Shown piece by piece: positions 1-10,851 of a DNA stretch of 64,000 nt. The notes under the pieces were generated by a model, which saw only the letters and a program-made list of their open reading frames with translations, did not search any database and had not been told where the DNA came from. The stretch comes from Planktothrix sp. GU0601_MAG3 (GTDB lineage Bacteria > Cyanobacteriota > Cyanobacteriia > Cyanobacteriales > Microcoleaceae), in assembly GCA_035193785.1 (NCBI GenBank), contig CP136572.1, forward strand, positions 224,001-288,000. The letters run 5' to 3'. The position numbers and the translations under genes were made by a program. The number at the start of each line of letters is the position of its first letter. Position 1 is the stretch's first letter.

Positions 1-1180
1 AACAATATGATAGCCTTCCGGGGCTAAACTTGGATCTAATAAAGTGGGAATGGAGACAAAAATTGTGCCTTCGGGTTCCTCCATTTTATCCCAATTTTCC
101 ACAATAATATGGTGACAATCGGTTTCTGGAGGTAGGACTGAGGCTTTTACTCCTAAATGTAAACTCAAGAAACTGGGGGATTTTTGATAGCGTTCTCGCC
201 ATTTCTTTTCAGCTTTAGGAATAGATTCCGGGGGAATTAATTTACCAAAGGTATCCCAACGGGTAGCATTAGAAATAATGCGTTTTCCTCGATAAACCGT
301 ACCATCAATTAGTTCTACTCCCACCGCTATTCCATTTTCTAATATAATTTGTTTGGCTCGGGCTTTATATTGAATTTGTCCGCCGAATTTTTCTAATCCC
401 TCAACTAATTTAATAGCTATTTGACCGACTCCGCCTTTAGGATAGTTAATTCCTCCATAATGGCGATCGGAAAATACCATTCCGGCGTTGATCATCGGGG
501 TTAAATCGGCTGGAACCACTGACCAGCAGTAACATTCAATATCAATAAACTTTAAAACTTCAGGATCATTAATATAACGTTTGGCAATATCTCCGACATT
601 TTGGGGTAAATACTGGACTAACCCTAAACATGAGCCGGGTTCCTGAAAAAATACCCGCATCAAATAACGAGGTTCTTCCAAAGATAGCAACTCCATGGAG
701 TTCAGACAGTTAAAGACTTTCCAGCATTCATCATAAAATTTACGAATTCCCTTTTCTTCCTGGGGGAAGCGGGTAATTAGTTCTTGCAAAAACTTCTCAT
801 AATCTCGATGTACCCGTAATTTCAGATCATTGGGCAGGTGATAATGGATTTGAACTGGGTCGGGAATAGTTTCTAGGGTGACGTCCACGGCTTGCAGGGC
901 GCGGGTGAGGAGGTTGGTGGTTCCCTTGTCCCCAAATCCAAAAATCATGGATGCACCGACATCAAACCGATATCCGTCCCGTTCAAAATATCCAGAAACT
1001 GCCACCTGGGATAATATAGCTTTCCAGAACCAGAACTTTCGCACCCTTGGCCGCTAATTGGGTCGCAGTCACCAGTCCTCCAATACCAGAACCAATGACA
1101 ATTACGTCAAATTTCTGATCTGAGTCAGAACTAAATTCAGCAAGAGACTGGGATAGGTTAGAAACAGGCATGACTGTCAA
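1..1180 (-). CDS. crtH: Carotenoid isomerase (runs off the left edge; 1-nt frameshift ~997)
   Basis: [33 protein letters not shown]-binding start; removing one base at ~997 continues [33 protein letters not shown], typical of cyanobacterial CrtH. Confidence 0.9.
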
Positions 1181-1255
1181 CTCTCTTAAGCATTTCCTGT
1201 CTGTACAGTGTAGCGTCTTACGCCCAAATCAGAGAGTTCAATTTTCACCGTTTTA

Positions 1256-1597
<342 letters not shown>

Positions 1598-1659
1598 TCA
1601 TTGATTAATATAGTTAATTTTAAGTCGGGAGCGTAGTCCCTGATAAATTTGTAGGCAGT

Positions 1660-2190
1660 ATGAAACACACCCTATCTGTTTTAGTGGAAGATGAAGCCGG
1701 AGTCCTGACGCGCATTGCGGGTTTATTTGCCCGTCGGGGTTTCAATATTGAGAGTTTAGCCGTTGGCCCGGCGGAACAATCGGGGATTTCTCGGATTACA
1801 ATGGTGGTTCCCGGGGATGACCAGATTATTGAACAGTTGACTAAACAACTCTACAAACTGATCAATGTTCTGAAGGTGCAGGATATTACCGGAGTTCCCT
1901 GTGTGGAAAGGGAATTGATGCTTTTGAAGGTTAATTACAATAGCAGTAACACTCGCTCAGAAATTATCGAGTTAGCGCAGATTTTCCGGGCGCGGGTTGT
2001 GGATATTGGGGATGACGCCCTAACTATTGAAGTTGTCGGCGACCCGGGAAAAATGGTGGCCATTGTCCAGGTTTTAGGTCGGTTTGGAATTCGGGAAATT
2101 GCTCGGACGGGCAAAATTGTCTTGGTGCGGGAGTCGGGGGTAAATACGGAATTCCTCAAAACTCAAGCCTCGGTGGAAGCGAGATTTTAG
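1660..2190 (+). CDS. ilvN: Acetolactate synthase small (regulatory) subunit
   Basis: [39 protein letters not shown]-domain signature. Confidence 0.97.
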   Translation: MKHTLSVLVEDEAGVLTRIAGLFARRGFNIESLAVGPAEQSGISRITMVVPGDDQIIEQLTKQLYKLINVLKVQDITGVPCVERELMLLKVNYNSSNTRSEIIELAQIFRARVVDIGDDALTIEVVGDPGKMVAIVQVLGRFGIREIARTGKIVLVRESGVNTEFLKTQASVEARF

Positions 2191-2211
2191 CTATACTTCG
2201 ACTTCGCTCAG

Positions 2212-2305
2212 TAATAGGGGAATAGGTAATGGGTAATGGGTAATGGGTAATGGGGGAATGGGTAATGGGTAATGGGTAATGGGGAATGGGTAACGGTAGG
2301 TTATG
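2212..2305. repeat. STRR-type heptamer tandem repeat (GGTAATG / GGGAATG)
   Basis: Visible 7-bp periodicity downstream of ilvN. Confidence 0.9.
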
Positions 2306-2339
2306 GGCAGGTTATAAGGTTTAGTATTGTCAAACACCT

Positions 2340-2708
2340 TAATTGGTAGTGCTATATTCTGTTTCTCATATTTGTCGGACGTTTTAACTCGGATTTGATT
2401 AAGAAATTGGGGTTAAGCGTCCTATTTTATTGGGTTTTGGGGATTGTGATGTTTTGTAAATTTTTTTAATCCGTTGTCGCAGGAAGCTAGAAAGCCCAAT
2501 TCTATCGGAATGGGAGCTTTTTTGAGATTTCTATGGATTTGGAGGTTGACTCGTTAGGGGAATTCGGTTATAGTCTTGAATATCGAGAAATTTAGGGATT
2601 CAGGCAGTTAAAAACAACCTATTTTCGTTTTTATACCAGCCCTATATCCGTAGTCTCGCGCAAACGCACTTTGAAAACTAAATAGGGTAAGGTTTCCAGC
2701 AGGGTAGG
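2340..2708 (+). promoter_or_regulatory. CRISPR leader with putative sigma-70 promoter
   Basis: Non-coding AT-rich region before repeat 1; TTGACT(2546)-N17-TATAGT(2569). Confidence 0.65.
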
Positions 2709-4137
2709 GTTAGTTTCTACCTTTTCCCCGCAAGGGGACGGAAACGACCGCTCATCCTGAGTGAATGAGACATGGGCGTAGTAGTTAGTTTCTACCTTTT
2801 CCCCGCAAGGGGACGGAAACCATGTTGAAGGAAATGAACATACTCGTGCAAAAGTATGTTAGTTTCTACCTTTTCCCCGCAAGGGGACGGAAACTAAAGA
2901 TGATTTTGCCGTTAGGTAATTCCTTTTTATCTCGAGTTAGTTTCTACCTTTTCCCCGCAAGGGGACGGAAACTAGGTTTTAGAGACTCACTTATCCAAAT
3001 TTCTTTTCGAGGTTAGTTTCTACCTTTTCCCCGCAAGGGGACGGAAACCACTTTTTCCTCTCTTTCTATCACCTCGACAACAACAGTTAGTTTCTACCTT
3101 TTCCCCGCAAGGGGACGGAAACATCTAACTTCTCCGTAGAGACGCAGATGGTGTTGTACTTCGTTAGTTTCTACCTTTTCCCCGCAAGGGGACGGAAACA
3201 GGGCATCTAATTTAGCTAGTAGCTCAGGTTTCTATAGTGAACGAGGGTTAGTTTCTACCTTTTCCCCGCAAGGGGACGGAAACAGGGGTTGTGGTGGTTT
3301 CCACAACGGGAGCAAGGGGTTAGTTTCTACCTTTTCCCCGCAAGGGGACGGAAACAGCAATCATAGACTGGTAATGTTCAGTTGAATAGGAACCTGTTAG
3401 TTTCTACCTTTTCCCCGCAAGGGGACGGAAACAGGGAGGATCTGGAAATTCTCCAGGGTCAGTTTCCTTCCTGTTAGTTTCTACCTTTTCCCCGCAAGGG
3501 GACGGAAACGGTCACACTCAAAAACATCTTTTTTCCCTTTGATTGTTAGTTCATCAAGTTAGTTTCTACCTTTTCCCCGCAAGGGGACGGAAACTGCTTA
3601 CTTACTATGTCGCTAATACTTTCAACATCATCGTTAGTTTCTACCTTTTCCCCGCAAGGGGACGGAAACGAGGAACTTAGGCATCTTTGCCCCATCATTC
3701 AGTGTTAGTTAGTTTCTACCTTTTCCCCGCAAGGGGACGGAAACAAGGAAGAACTGCTGAGATTCTCCACAGGAAGAGACAAGTGTTAGTTTCTACCTTT
3801 TCCCCGCAAGGGGACGGAAACCCCACATATATTGAGATTAACTTCTTTAGTATATTGAGTTAGTTTCTACCTTTTCCCCGCAAGGGGACGGAAACGAGTC
3901 AGAAGCCCAAACCATATTTTGCATATGGTCTGGGCAGACCCAAGTTAGTTTCTACCTTTTCCCCGCAAGGGGACGGAAACTAATTCGCGCGATCGCAACT
4001 TCTCTGAAAACAATCTCCATATTCCCTGTTAGTTTCTACCTTTTCCCCGCAAGGGGACGGAAACATTTGCTCTTTGACTGCCTTCTTAAACATTTGATTT
4101 GTTAGTTTCTACCTTTTCCCCGCAAGGGGACGGAAAC
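2709..4137 (+). CRISPR. CRISPR array: 19 identical 37-bp repeats GTTAGTTTCTACCTTTTCCCCGCAAGGGGACGGAAAC and 18 spacers of 35-48 nt; type III-like repeat; no cas genes in window
   Basis: Repeats counted by eye from 2709 to 4101; CCCC-GCAA-GGGG hairpin and GAAAC 3' end resemble cyanobacterial type III-D repeats. Confidence 0.98.
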
Positions 4138-4141
4138 ATAT

Positions 4142-4172
4142 TGTAGGGGCGAATGGCCGTTTCGCCCCTACA
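4142..4172. repeat. GTAG-type REP-like palindrome
   Basis: TGTAGGGGCGAA-tggccgt-TTCGCCCCTACA; near-identical copy at ~10793-10821. Confidence 0.8.
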
Positions 4173-4309
4173 CCGCTCCGCTACACATCCCCAAAATCAG
4201 GGGTTTTTGGCTTTTTCCCAAAAAAGTTGATTTTTAAGTCATTTTTACAAAAAATTGTTAGAATAGACAAAGGTGAGCGATCGCGCAGTGTCGAAACTCA
4301 TCGGAAACC

Positions 4310-4753
4310 ATGATGAATCAAGAAGATTGTTTAGCGGTTTATCAGGCACTTGTAGAGATGCTAAACCCTCTAAAATTGGGGTGGGTAACGGAACAAGTTG
4401 CCGATGTAATTAGTGCGGGAAAAACCACCGAAGAACTGGTATCAGGACGGAAATCTCCCAATTTAAAGTTAAATTATTATAGCCCCCAAGAACAACTGTT
4501 ACTTTTAATTAATGCGATTGAGAAATCCGTCATTAATACCGGAGAAATCGAAACGGAAATTCTCGATATTTTCCGCCATGAAGCCCAGAATTGTGATTTA
4601 AAACCGGAATTGAGATTTACCTCCTCCGTAGATGGGGAAGGTAAACTGTTTAAATATAGTATTGAATCCGTGAATAGCCGCCAACAACACCGCCAAGAAT
4701 TAAAAGAATTGCTAGAAAAATTACGTCAGGAGATAGAAACCCATGTCGATTAA
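4310..4753 (+). CDS. Hypothetical protein (147 aa)
   Basis: Clean ORF overlapping the start of the next gene; no motif recognised. Confidence 0.75.
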   Translation: MMNQEDCLAVYQALVEMLNPLKLGWVTEQVADVISAGKTTEELVSGRKSPNLKLNYYSPQEQLLLLINAIEKSVINTGEIETEILDIFRHEAQNCDLKPELRFTSSVDGEGKLFKYSIESVNSRQQHRQELKELLEKLRQEIETHVD

Positions 4754-5414
4754 TACCGCCCTACTGGATAATATCAATCAACAGTTAAAACAAAGTTTAA
4801 ATCCCGATCTCCAAACTGCTAGGGATCTTGAGGATTGGTTTAAATTCTACATTTTTAATATTATTATCAAAGCCGCTCGGAATGAAGGAGCCTTAGTTTA
4901 TTATAAAGATGTTTTGAAACGAAATCCAGAAACCTTAGTGTTTCGCCGACGGGCAGGACAAATTTATGATCTGACCCAACCCTATACCCATGCCGTGATT
5001 GAATTTGAACAAAAACCGCCCTTAGAAATTCATTTGGGAGTTAAAATTCATGGGCGTTTAAGAGTATTATATAATAGTGATGTTTGTGTTCTGTATAAAA
5101 TGGAAGCCGATAGTTGCCGGACGAATCAAAGAGAACCCCGGGCATCTCGAATTTTTATCGCCATAGACTGTCAATATTATGCCTCAGAATTGCGTTTAGA
5201 ATTGGCTCAGGCTTTTATTGCCTTTTCTTCGGAATTAAGGGTATCTGGGGATTGTTATTTTGTTTCTAATAGTTCTTCTAATTCCGTAGCCAAACTCCTG
5301 GCGAGTCGTAAACGAAAATGGGAATATGATATTGTTCCCAGTGAAACTAATAATGTTAATCGGTTAATGTATGAATTTCAGACAAAATTTAAGGACTTCA
5401 AAGCCAGAAGTTAG
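4743..5414 (+). CDS. Hypothetical protein, possible degenerate PD-(D/E)xK nuclease fold
   Basis: ORF with GGAG RBS; SDVCVL...IAIDCQYY resembles D...ExK with K replaced by Q. Confidence 0.6.
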   Translation: MSINTALLDNINQQLKQSLNPDLQTARDLEDWFKFYIFNIIIKAARNEGALVYYKDVLKRNPETLVFRRRAGQIYDLTQPYTHAVIEFEQKPPLEIHLGVKIHGRLRVLYNSDVCVLYKMEADSCRTNQREPRASRIFIAIDCQYYASELRLELAQAFIAFSSELRVSGDCYFVSNSSSNSVAKLLASRKRKWEYDIVPSETNNVNRLMYEFQTKFKDFKARS

Positions 5415-5507
5415 CCAAATGTCCCCAAATCTGCAACAATATTAGAATCCCTGATCGGAATAGATTGGGGAATGTGGTTTTTTTAGTAAAATTCAAACAG
5501 TTAGGAT

Positions 5508-5948
5508 ATGAAAGTTTATCGTTCAATTTTGGCTTGTGTCTTAGCCCTGGTGACAACTTTTGTGGTCGGTTGCAGTTCTCCGAAAGCGGCAATTCCCACC
5601 ACCTACACGGAAATTCAAATTCAACAGATCCAAAAACATAACTCTGATATTTTGGCCCTGCGCGATCGCTTTACCACCGAACTTCCTCGGTATATTAGCG
5701 CTCGGAATTGGGTACAAGTAGATAGTTTTGTACATGGGCCATTGGGATCATTGTTGCAAGAAATGAATTATATTACTAAAAATTTGTTGCCCGATGCCCA
5801 GCCGAAAGCCCGTGAATTGTCCAGAGAAGTGTTTGAACATTTAGTTACGGTTTCTAAAGCCGCAGAAGCTCGTGATCCAATTCAAGCAGCATCAGGATAT
5901 CAGGAAGCACTCAAAGATTTAGATTCATTTTTGAGTTTAGTTTCCTAA
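5508..5948 (+). CDS. psbQ: Photosystem II extrinsic lipoprotein PsbQ (CyanoQ)
   Basis: Lipobox VVGC; NWVQVDSFVHGPLG motif. Confidence 0.92.
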   Translation: MKVYRSILACVLALVTTFVVGCSSPKAAIPTTYTEIQIQQIQKHNSDILALRDRFTTELPRYISARNWVQVDSFVHGPLGSLLQEMNYITKNLLPDAQPKARELSREVFEHLVTVSKAAEARDPIQAASGYQEALKDLDSFLSLVS

Positions 5949-5974
5949 CGCCTAATCAAACCCTATATTTTTTG

Positions 5975-6063
5975 TTGCGTTGTTGCGCTTCAGCGCACTC
6001 TTTTATTTCTCAGGGCTAAAGCCCAACAACGAGTAAGAGGAAGAGGGGCTGAAGCCCAACAAC
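5975..6063. repeat. Short palindromic intergenic repeats (GGGCTRAAGCCC-AACAAC)
   Basis: Two copies plus an inverted variant downstream of psbQ. Confidence 0.6.
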
Positions 6064-6080
6064 TTTTTTTAAGATTTTTT

Positions 6081-7202
6081 ATGAATCATATTGTTATTAT
6101 TGGTTGTGGTGTAGTCGGGGCAACAATTGCTTATGAACTCTCCCAAAATCCTGATTTAAACATTACTGTTATTGATCAAAATCCTCCGGCTCAAGCTGCA
6201 ACGGGGGCAGCCTTGGGGGTTTTGATGGGAATTATTAGTCAAAAAACTAAGGGACGAGCTTGGCGACTGCGACAATTAAGTATGCAGCGTTATGAAAGTT
6301 TAATTCCTGAATTAGAAGCAATTACGGGTAAAATTATTCCTTTTAATCGGCAAGGCATTCTATTATTATCCTATGGGGAAGATGAATTAGAAAAATGGCA
6401 AAATTTAATCAATTTCCGCCGGAATCAAGGGTTGGAATTGCAATGGTTAGATCAAGATCAAGTTAAGGTTAAATATCCCCAGATTAATCCTGAAAAAGTG
6501 TTAGGTGCGGTCTATTCTCCCCAGGATCGACAAGTTGATCCAACGGCTTTAACTTTAGCCTTAGTCGAGGCTGCTAAAAGTCGAGGTGTGACTTTTCAAT
6601 TTGGTGTCAAAGTAGAATCTTTAGAAACAGTAACAACAGCAAATAATCAGCAAGTTTGTCAACAGGTAAAAACCAGTAAGGGGGAGTTAACAGTTAATTG
6701 GGTTGTGGTGGCTGCGGGCTTAGGAACAACGCCGTTAATTTCTGCAATTCCTAGGGAAAATAATGGGGAAAAATTAATTAATATTCGTCCAGTTTTAGGA
6801 CAGGCTTTGCGGGTTCGTTGTCGAGAAAATTTGGGAAATTTAGGATTTGAACCTGTAATTACGGGGAATGATATTCATATTGTCCCGTTAGGAAATGCGG
6901 AATATTGGATCGGAGCAACGGTGGAATTTCCTGAACACGGAAATGAGATTTTAGCTAATTCTGAACTATTGGATTTAGTTTTAAAAGGTGCGATCGCCAT
7001 CTGTCCGGCTTTGGAAAATGCAACTATTATTAAGCAGTGGTCGGGGTTGCGTCCCCGTCCTGACGGTATTCCAGCCCCTGTAATTGGGAATTTATCCGGG
7101 TTTAAGAATATTCTATTGGCTACTGGACATTATCGCAATGGTGTGTTATTAGCCCCAGCAACGGCCGATCAAATTCGAGGGATGTTGATGGTTGAGGGTT
7201 GA
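6081..7202 (+). CDS. FAD-dependent oxidoreductase (DAO/glycine oxidase family)
   Basis: IIGCGVVG, WSGLRPRP, ATGHYRNGVLLAP motifs. Confidence 0.9.
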   Translation: MNHIVIIGCGVVGATIAYELSQNPDLNITVIDQNPPAQAATGAALGVLMGIISQKTKGRAWRLRQLSMQRYESLIPELEAITGKIIPFNRQGILLLSYGEDELEKWQNLINFRRNQGLELQWLDQDQVKVKYPQINPEKVLGAVYSPQDRQVDPTALTLALVEAAKSRGVTFQFGVKVESLETVTTANNQQVCQQVKTSKGELTVNWVVVAAGLGTTPLISAIPRENNGEKLINIRPVLGQALRVRCRENLGNLGFEPVITGNDIHIVPLGNAEYWIGATVEFPEHGNEILANSELLDLVLKGAIAICPALENATIIKQWSGLRPRPDGIPAPVIGNLSGFKNILLATGHYRNGVLLAPATADQIRGMLMVEG

Positions 7203-7322
7203 AAAAAGGTGCGATCGCCCATAATTCAAAACAAATCAGCCCTCAGCAGGGTGACACCCTTCCCCTAAATCCCTCCAAACTCCCCAAGTATAAATACTTA
7301 ATGCAGGTTTTTTAAATAAAGC

Positions 7323-7338
7323 TGTAGCTTACATTACA
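7323..7338. promoter_or_regulatory. NtcA box upstream of pirA
   Basis: TGTA-GCTTACAT-TACA is a perfect TGTA-N8-TACA; TATAAT at 7388. Confidence 0.7.
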
Positions 7339-7429
7339 AAATTTTAAGATTTTTGCCAATTTCACCCACTTTTAGTCAAGGGAACTATATAATAAGAGAG
7401 TAAGCACAAAAGATTATCTAAAAAAGTCC

Positions 7430-7585
7430 ATGTTAAACACAAACCTACGCAGAAACTCCATTAAACTGTCTGACGTCCATCGGGCTAATATCCAAAAAAG
7501 ATTAGAACACCGCTTGGAAGTCGCTAGAGCAAATGGAGACGAGAAGTTGATTCGTGTTCTGGAAGCTGAAATGCGCCAGGGTTAA
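7430..7585 (+). CDS. pirA: PII-interacting regulator of arginine synthesis PirA (Ssr0692-like), 51 aa; absent from the ORF track
   Basis: MLNTNLRRNSIKLSDVHRANIQKRLEHRLEVARANGDEKLIRVLEAEMRQG; size, sequence and upstream NtcA box fit. Confidence 0.8.
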   Translation: MLNTNLRRNSIKLSDVHRANIQKRLEHRLEVARANGDEKLIRVLEAEMRQG

Positions 7586-7681
7586 ATTATTCTTTGATCG
7601 GATTTTTGTATTTGGCTAGGCAGTGGTAAAACCCATTTGCGTTAACCTTAGTCCTAGAAGGATTTATGATTAAAAATTCCC

Positions 7682-7714
7682 AAAGCCTGGTTATGTAGAA
7701 TTACCAGGCTTTTT
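7682..7714 (+). terminator. Rho-independent terminator-like hairpin
   Basis: AAAGCCTGG...CCAGGCTTTTT. Confidence 0.6.
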
Positions 7715-7730
7715 GGTGGGTTATTTATAG

Positions 7731-7889
7731 GAATTACGAATTACGAATTACGAATTACGAATTACGAATTACGAATTACGAATTACGAATTACGAATTAC
7801 GAATTACGAATTACGAATTACGAATTACGAATTACAAATTACAAATTACAAATTACAAATTACAAATTACAAATTACAAATTAGGAATT
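7731..7889. repeat. STRR heptamer array: (GAATTAC)n switching to (AAATTAC)n
   Basis: ~22 tandem 7-mers. Confidence 0.95.
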
Positions 7890-7939
7890 CCCAATGGGTT
7901 TGGGGTGATATTCGGCGAGCGAGGACGCTCGCACTGCTG

Positions 7940-9114
7940 CTATATATTAATCTTAGATTGAACAAATTCCTCTAAACGTTTGATGCCTTTTTCAATAGTA
8001 ATTAAATCCGTTGCGTAGGACAAACGAATATGATCATCATTTCCAAAAGCGCGACCGGGTATACGGCGGCTAAGTGTTTTTCTTCTAGTAATAAATTGCA
8101 GAAGTCAACGGAATTAAAACCCGTTTTGTCAATATTAATGTACATATAAAATGCTCCATCGGGTTTGAGACAACTAATCCCGGGAATTGCATTTAATAAT
8201 TTGAACATAACTTCTCGCCGATTGGCAAAAGCTAGACGCATTTTTTCCACACAATCGAGGGAGTTTTCTAAAGCTGCGATCGCCCCATATTGAGCAAAGG
8301 TACAAACATTAGAGGTACTATGGCCTTGTATACGAGTTGTAGCTTTAATAATATCTATATCCCCCGCTAAATAACCCAGTCGCCAGCCCGTCATGGCGAA
8401 GGATTTGGCAAAACCACTACTAATTAAGGTGCATTTATAGCTTTCGGGATGGGCTGCGGCAATACTTAAATGTTGGGCATCATCATAAATAATTTTAGAA
8501 TAAATTTCATCAGAAACCACTAAAATACCTGCTTCCACAACTACTTCAGCTAAAGCGCGAATTTCCTCCGGGGTATAGACCATTCCCGTCGGGTTAGAAG
8601 GAGAATTTAAAACAAAAAGTTTGGTTTTGGGTGTAATACTTTGGCGTAAGATTTCCGGGGTAATTTTATAACCGGTTTCTGCACCCGTTGACACAATAAC
8701 CGGAATCCCTTCCACCAGTTTTACCATTTCAGGATAACTTAACCAATAGGGAGAGGGAATAATCACTTCATCCCCGGGATCAATCACCGCTACCATCAAA
8801 TTGTAGAGGGAATGTTTTCCACCATTAGTAACAATAATATTGTCACTTTTATAGTCTAAACCTGTTTCTTTGCTTAAGGTTTGGGCAATTAATGATCGTA
8901 ACTGGGGTTCTCCTGCTGCTGGGCCATAGCGGGTTTTGCCTTCATCCAGGGCCTTTTTCGCCGCAGCAACAATATGTGGAGGGGTATCGAAGTCCGGTTC
9001 GCCTACGCTGAAATTTAAGACATCCATCCCCTCAGCTTTCATTGCTTTTGCCTTCGCTGAGATCGCCAGCGTTACAGACGGTGGAACTTTTTCTACTCGC
9101 GCTGCTAGCTTCAT
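7940..9114 (-). CDS. aspC: Aspartate aminotransferase, class I PLP enzyme (frameshift ~8060)
   Basis: [30 protein letters not shown]-terminus [23 protein letters not shown] in the shifted frame. Confidence 0.9.
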
Positions 9115-9575
9115 ACTTTAAAAATCTGTAATTTGCTGTTTCAATCTTTAGATTTTAGGAGGGGGATTGCATAGTGGCAACCCACTTGTTATAGGATGAT
9201 AACATTATATGATAATAATTGCTACGGTTTTTCTACAAAAAATCTTAATCTGTGGAGGTTAAGGAGTGATTATTTAGGGTTAAATATTAAGAAAAATTGA
9301 TAATTTTTTATTTTTTATCTGATCTCAACAGAATAGGCTTTGATCTTTTTTTCTGGGTTAGTTAGTTAGTTATCATTTTACCCAAAATTTCTGTAATATC
9401 TAAGTGGGATGCTTGAGATTCGATCCACACCTCTGTTAACTTTTATTTCTGTGGTGGCTACACGATCGCACTCCTACTCTGCTGTTAAGGCGCGATCGCT
9501 TTCCGACTCTGCCGTTAAGATGGGATGGGGATAGGTGGTGGCTAGGACATTACACTCCGTCAAACTCAAATATCT

Positions 9576-10673
9576 TTAGTAAGCCGTCCAACCACCATCC
9601 GTGGCATAGGTACAACCCGTTAAATTAGCAGCATCTTGAGACAAGAGAAAGAGAATAATTGCTCCTTGTTCCCAAATGGTAGACGAACGATTTTGGGAAT
9701 CAACAGCAGACAAAATGCTCTGTAGTTTGAGCCCACCCATGGAGCTACCTTCTCCAGCTTTTTTGCTGGCCTTCACAAATTCACCGGCCCTAGCCACCAT
9801 CGGTGTGTCTGTGGCTGCCATATTAACTGAGTTGATCCGAATCCCGTAGGGAGCATAATCTAGGGCGGCATTTCGCGTTAAGCCTGTGACTCCGTGTTTA
9901 CTGGCAACGTAGGCGGGATTTCCGGCTAATCCGGTTAATCCGGCGATCGAACCGATATTGACGATCGCTCCACCCGTACCCTGTGCTACCATCTGTCGCA
10001 GTTGTGAGCGCATCGACTTAAATACACCCGTTGTATTCGTTGCCATCACAGCATCCCAATATTCATCAGTAGCCAGATGAATTGAATTAGGCAACAAATT
10101 GCGTTCACCTTCAAAATTCAGAGGTTGAGCCGGATCGCCTCCATCCATGACTCCCGCCGCATTCAGCACCAGATCGACACCGCCAAAGACTTTCACCGCT
10201 TCTGCTACCATCCGATCACACAACGCCGTTTCTACAACATTCCCGACAATTGCGATCGCCTTATGTCCTTCCCCTACAATCTTGCTAATGGTCTGATTTA
10301 GCTCTTTTTCCTTCCGGTCAACTCCAACCACATTAGCACCCTCACGGGCGGCTCTAATCGCCGTAGCTGATCCAATTCCCGTCGCCGCACCCGTAATTAA
10401 AATCGTTTTTCCTTGAAATCGATTGGGAATAAAATAGTCAGGATTAGTTGGCTGAATATCCATAGTTTTTAACTCACCTTTGATGGAATTGCTTGCAGAA
10501 TAAACTTCGGTATTTTGGGCAGAATCAGCTTCCCCAGTCAAGCTGGAAACCATAAGTGTTGTCACAAAAGAGCCAGCACCTAACACAAGAAACTGACGAC
10601 GTGACAGCATATATTGCATGACTTCCCGTACACCAGGATTATCAGGATTGAGATGTTGAAAATTTGGCTCCAC
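9576..10673 (-). CDS. SDR-family oxidoreductase with twin-arginine-like N-terminus
   Basis: TGAATGIG, YVASK, DGG motifs; SRRQFL followed by a hydrophobic stretch. Confidence 0.88.
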   Translation of the reverse strand: MEPNFQHLNPDNPGVREVMQYMLSRRQFLVLGAGSFVTTLMVSSLTGEADSAQNTEVYSASNSIKGELKTMDIQPTNPDYFIPNRFQGKTILITGAATGIGSATAIRAAREGANVVGVDRKEKELNQTISKIVGEGHKAIAIVGNVVETALCDRMVAEAVKVFGGVDLVLNAAGVMDGGDPAQPLNFEGERNLLPNSIHLATDEYWDAVMATNTTGVFKSMRSQLRQMVAQGTGGAIVNIGSIAGLTGLAGNPAYVASKHGVTGLTRNAALDYAPYGIRINSVNMAATDTPMVARAGEFVKASKKAGEGSSMGGLKLQSILSAVDSQNRSSTIWEQGAIILFLLSQDAANLTGCTYATDGGWTAY

Positions 10674-10755
10674 CGGATTTCCCTAATGTCTTCGTAGTGA
10701 AGATAGTACCAAAACTTAGGCACTGAAACCAAATATCCCTCTTTTGTTACTCTCT

Positions 10756-10851
10756 GACAGGACTTACGCAGAATACCCAATTATACACCATCTGTAGGGG
10801 CGAATGGCCATTCGCCCCTACTAGATATGGTTGTTTTGCGTAAGTCCTGTC
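10756..10851. mobile_element. Miniature inverted-repeat element (15-bp TIR GACAGGACTTACGCA) enclosing a GTAG-REP
   Basis: Perfect TIRs at 10756-10770 and 10837-10851. Confidence 0.7.

Noticed and set aside
2822..3016. 64-aa ORF
   Set aside because: Lies within the CRISPR array and translates repeats
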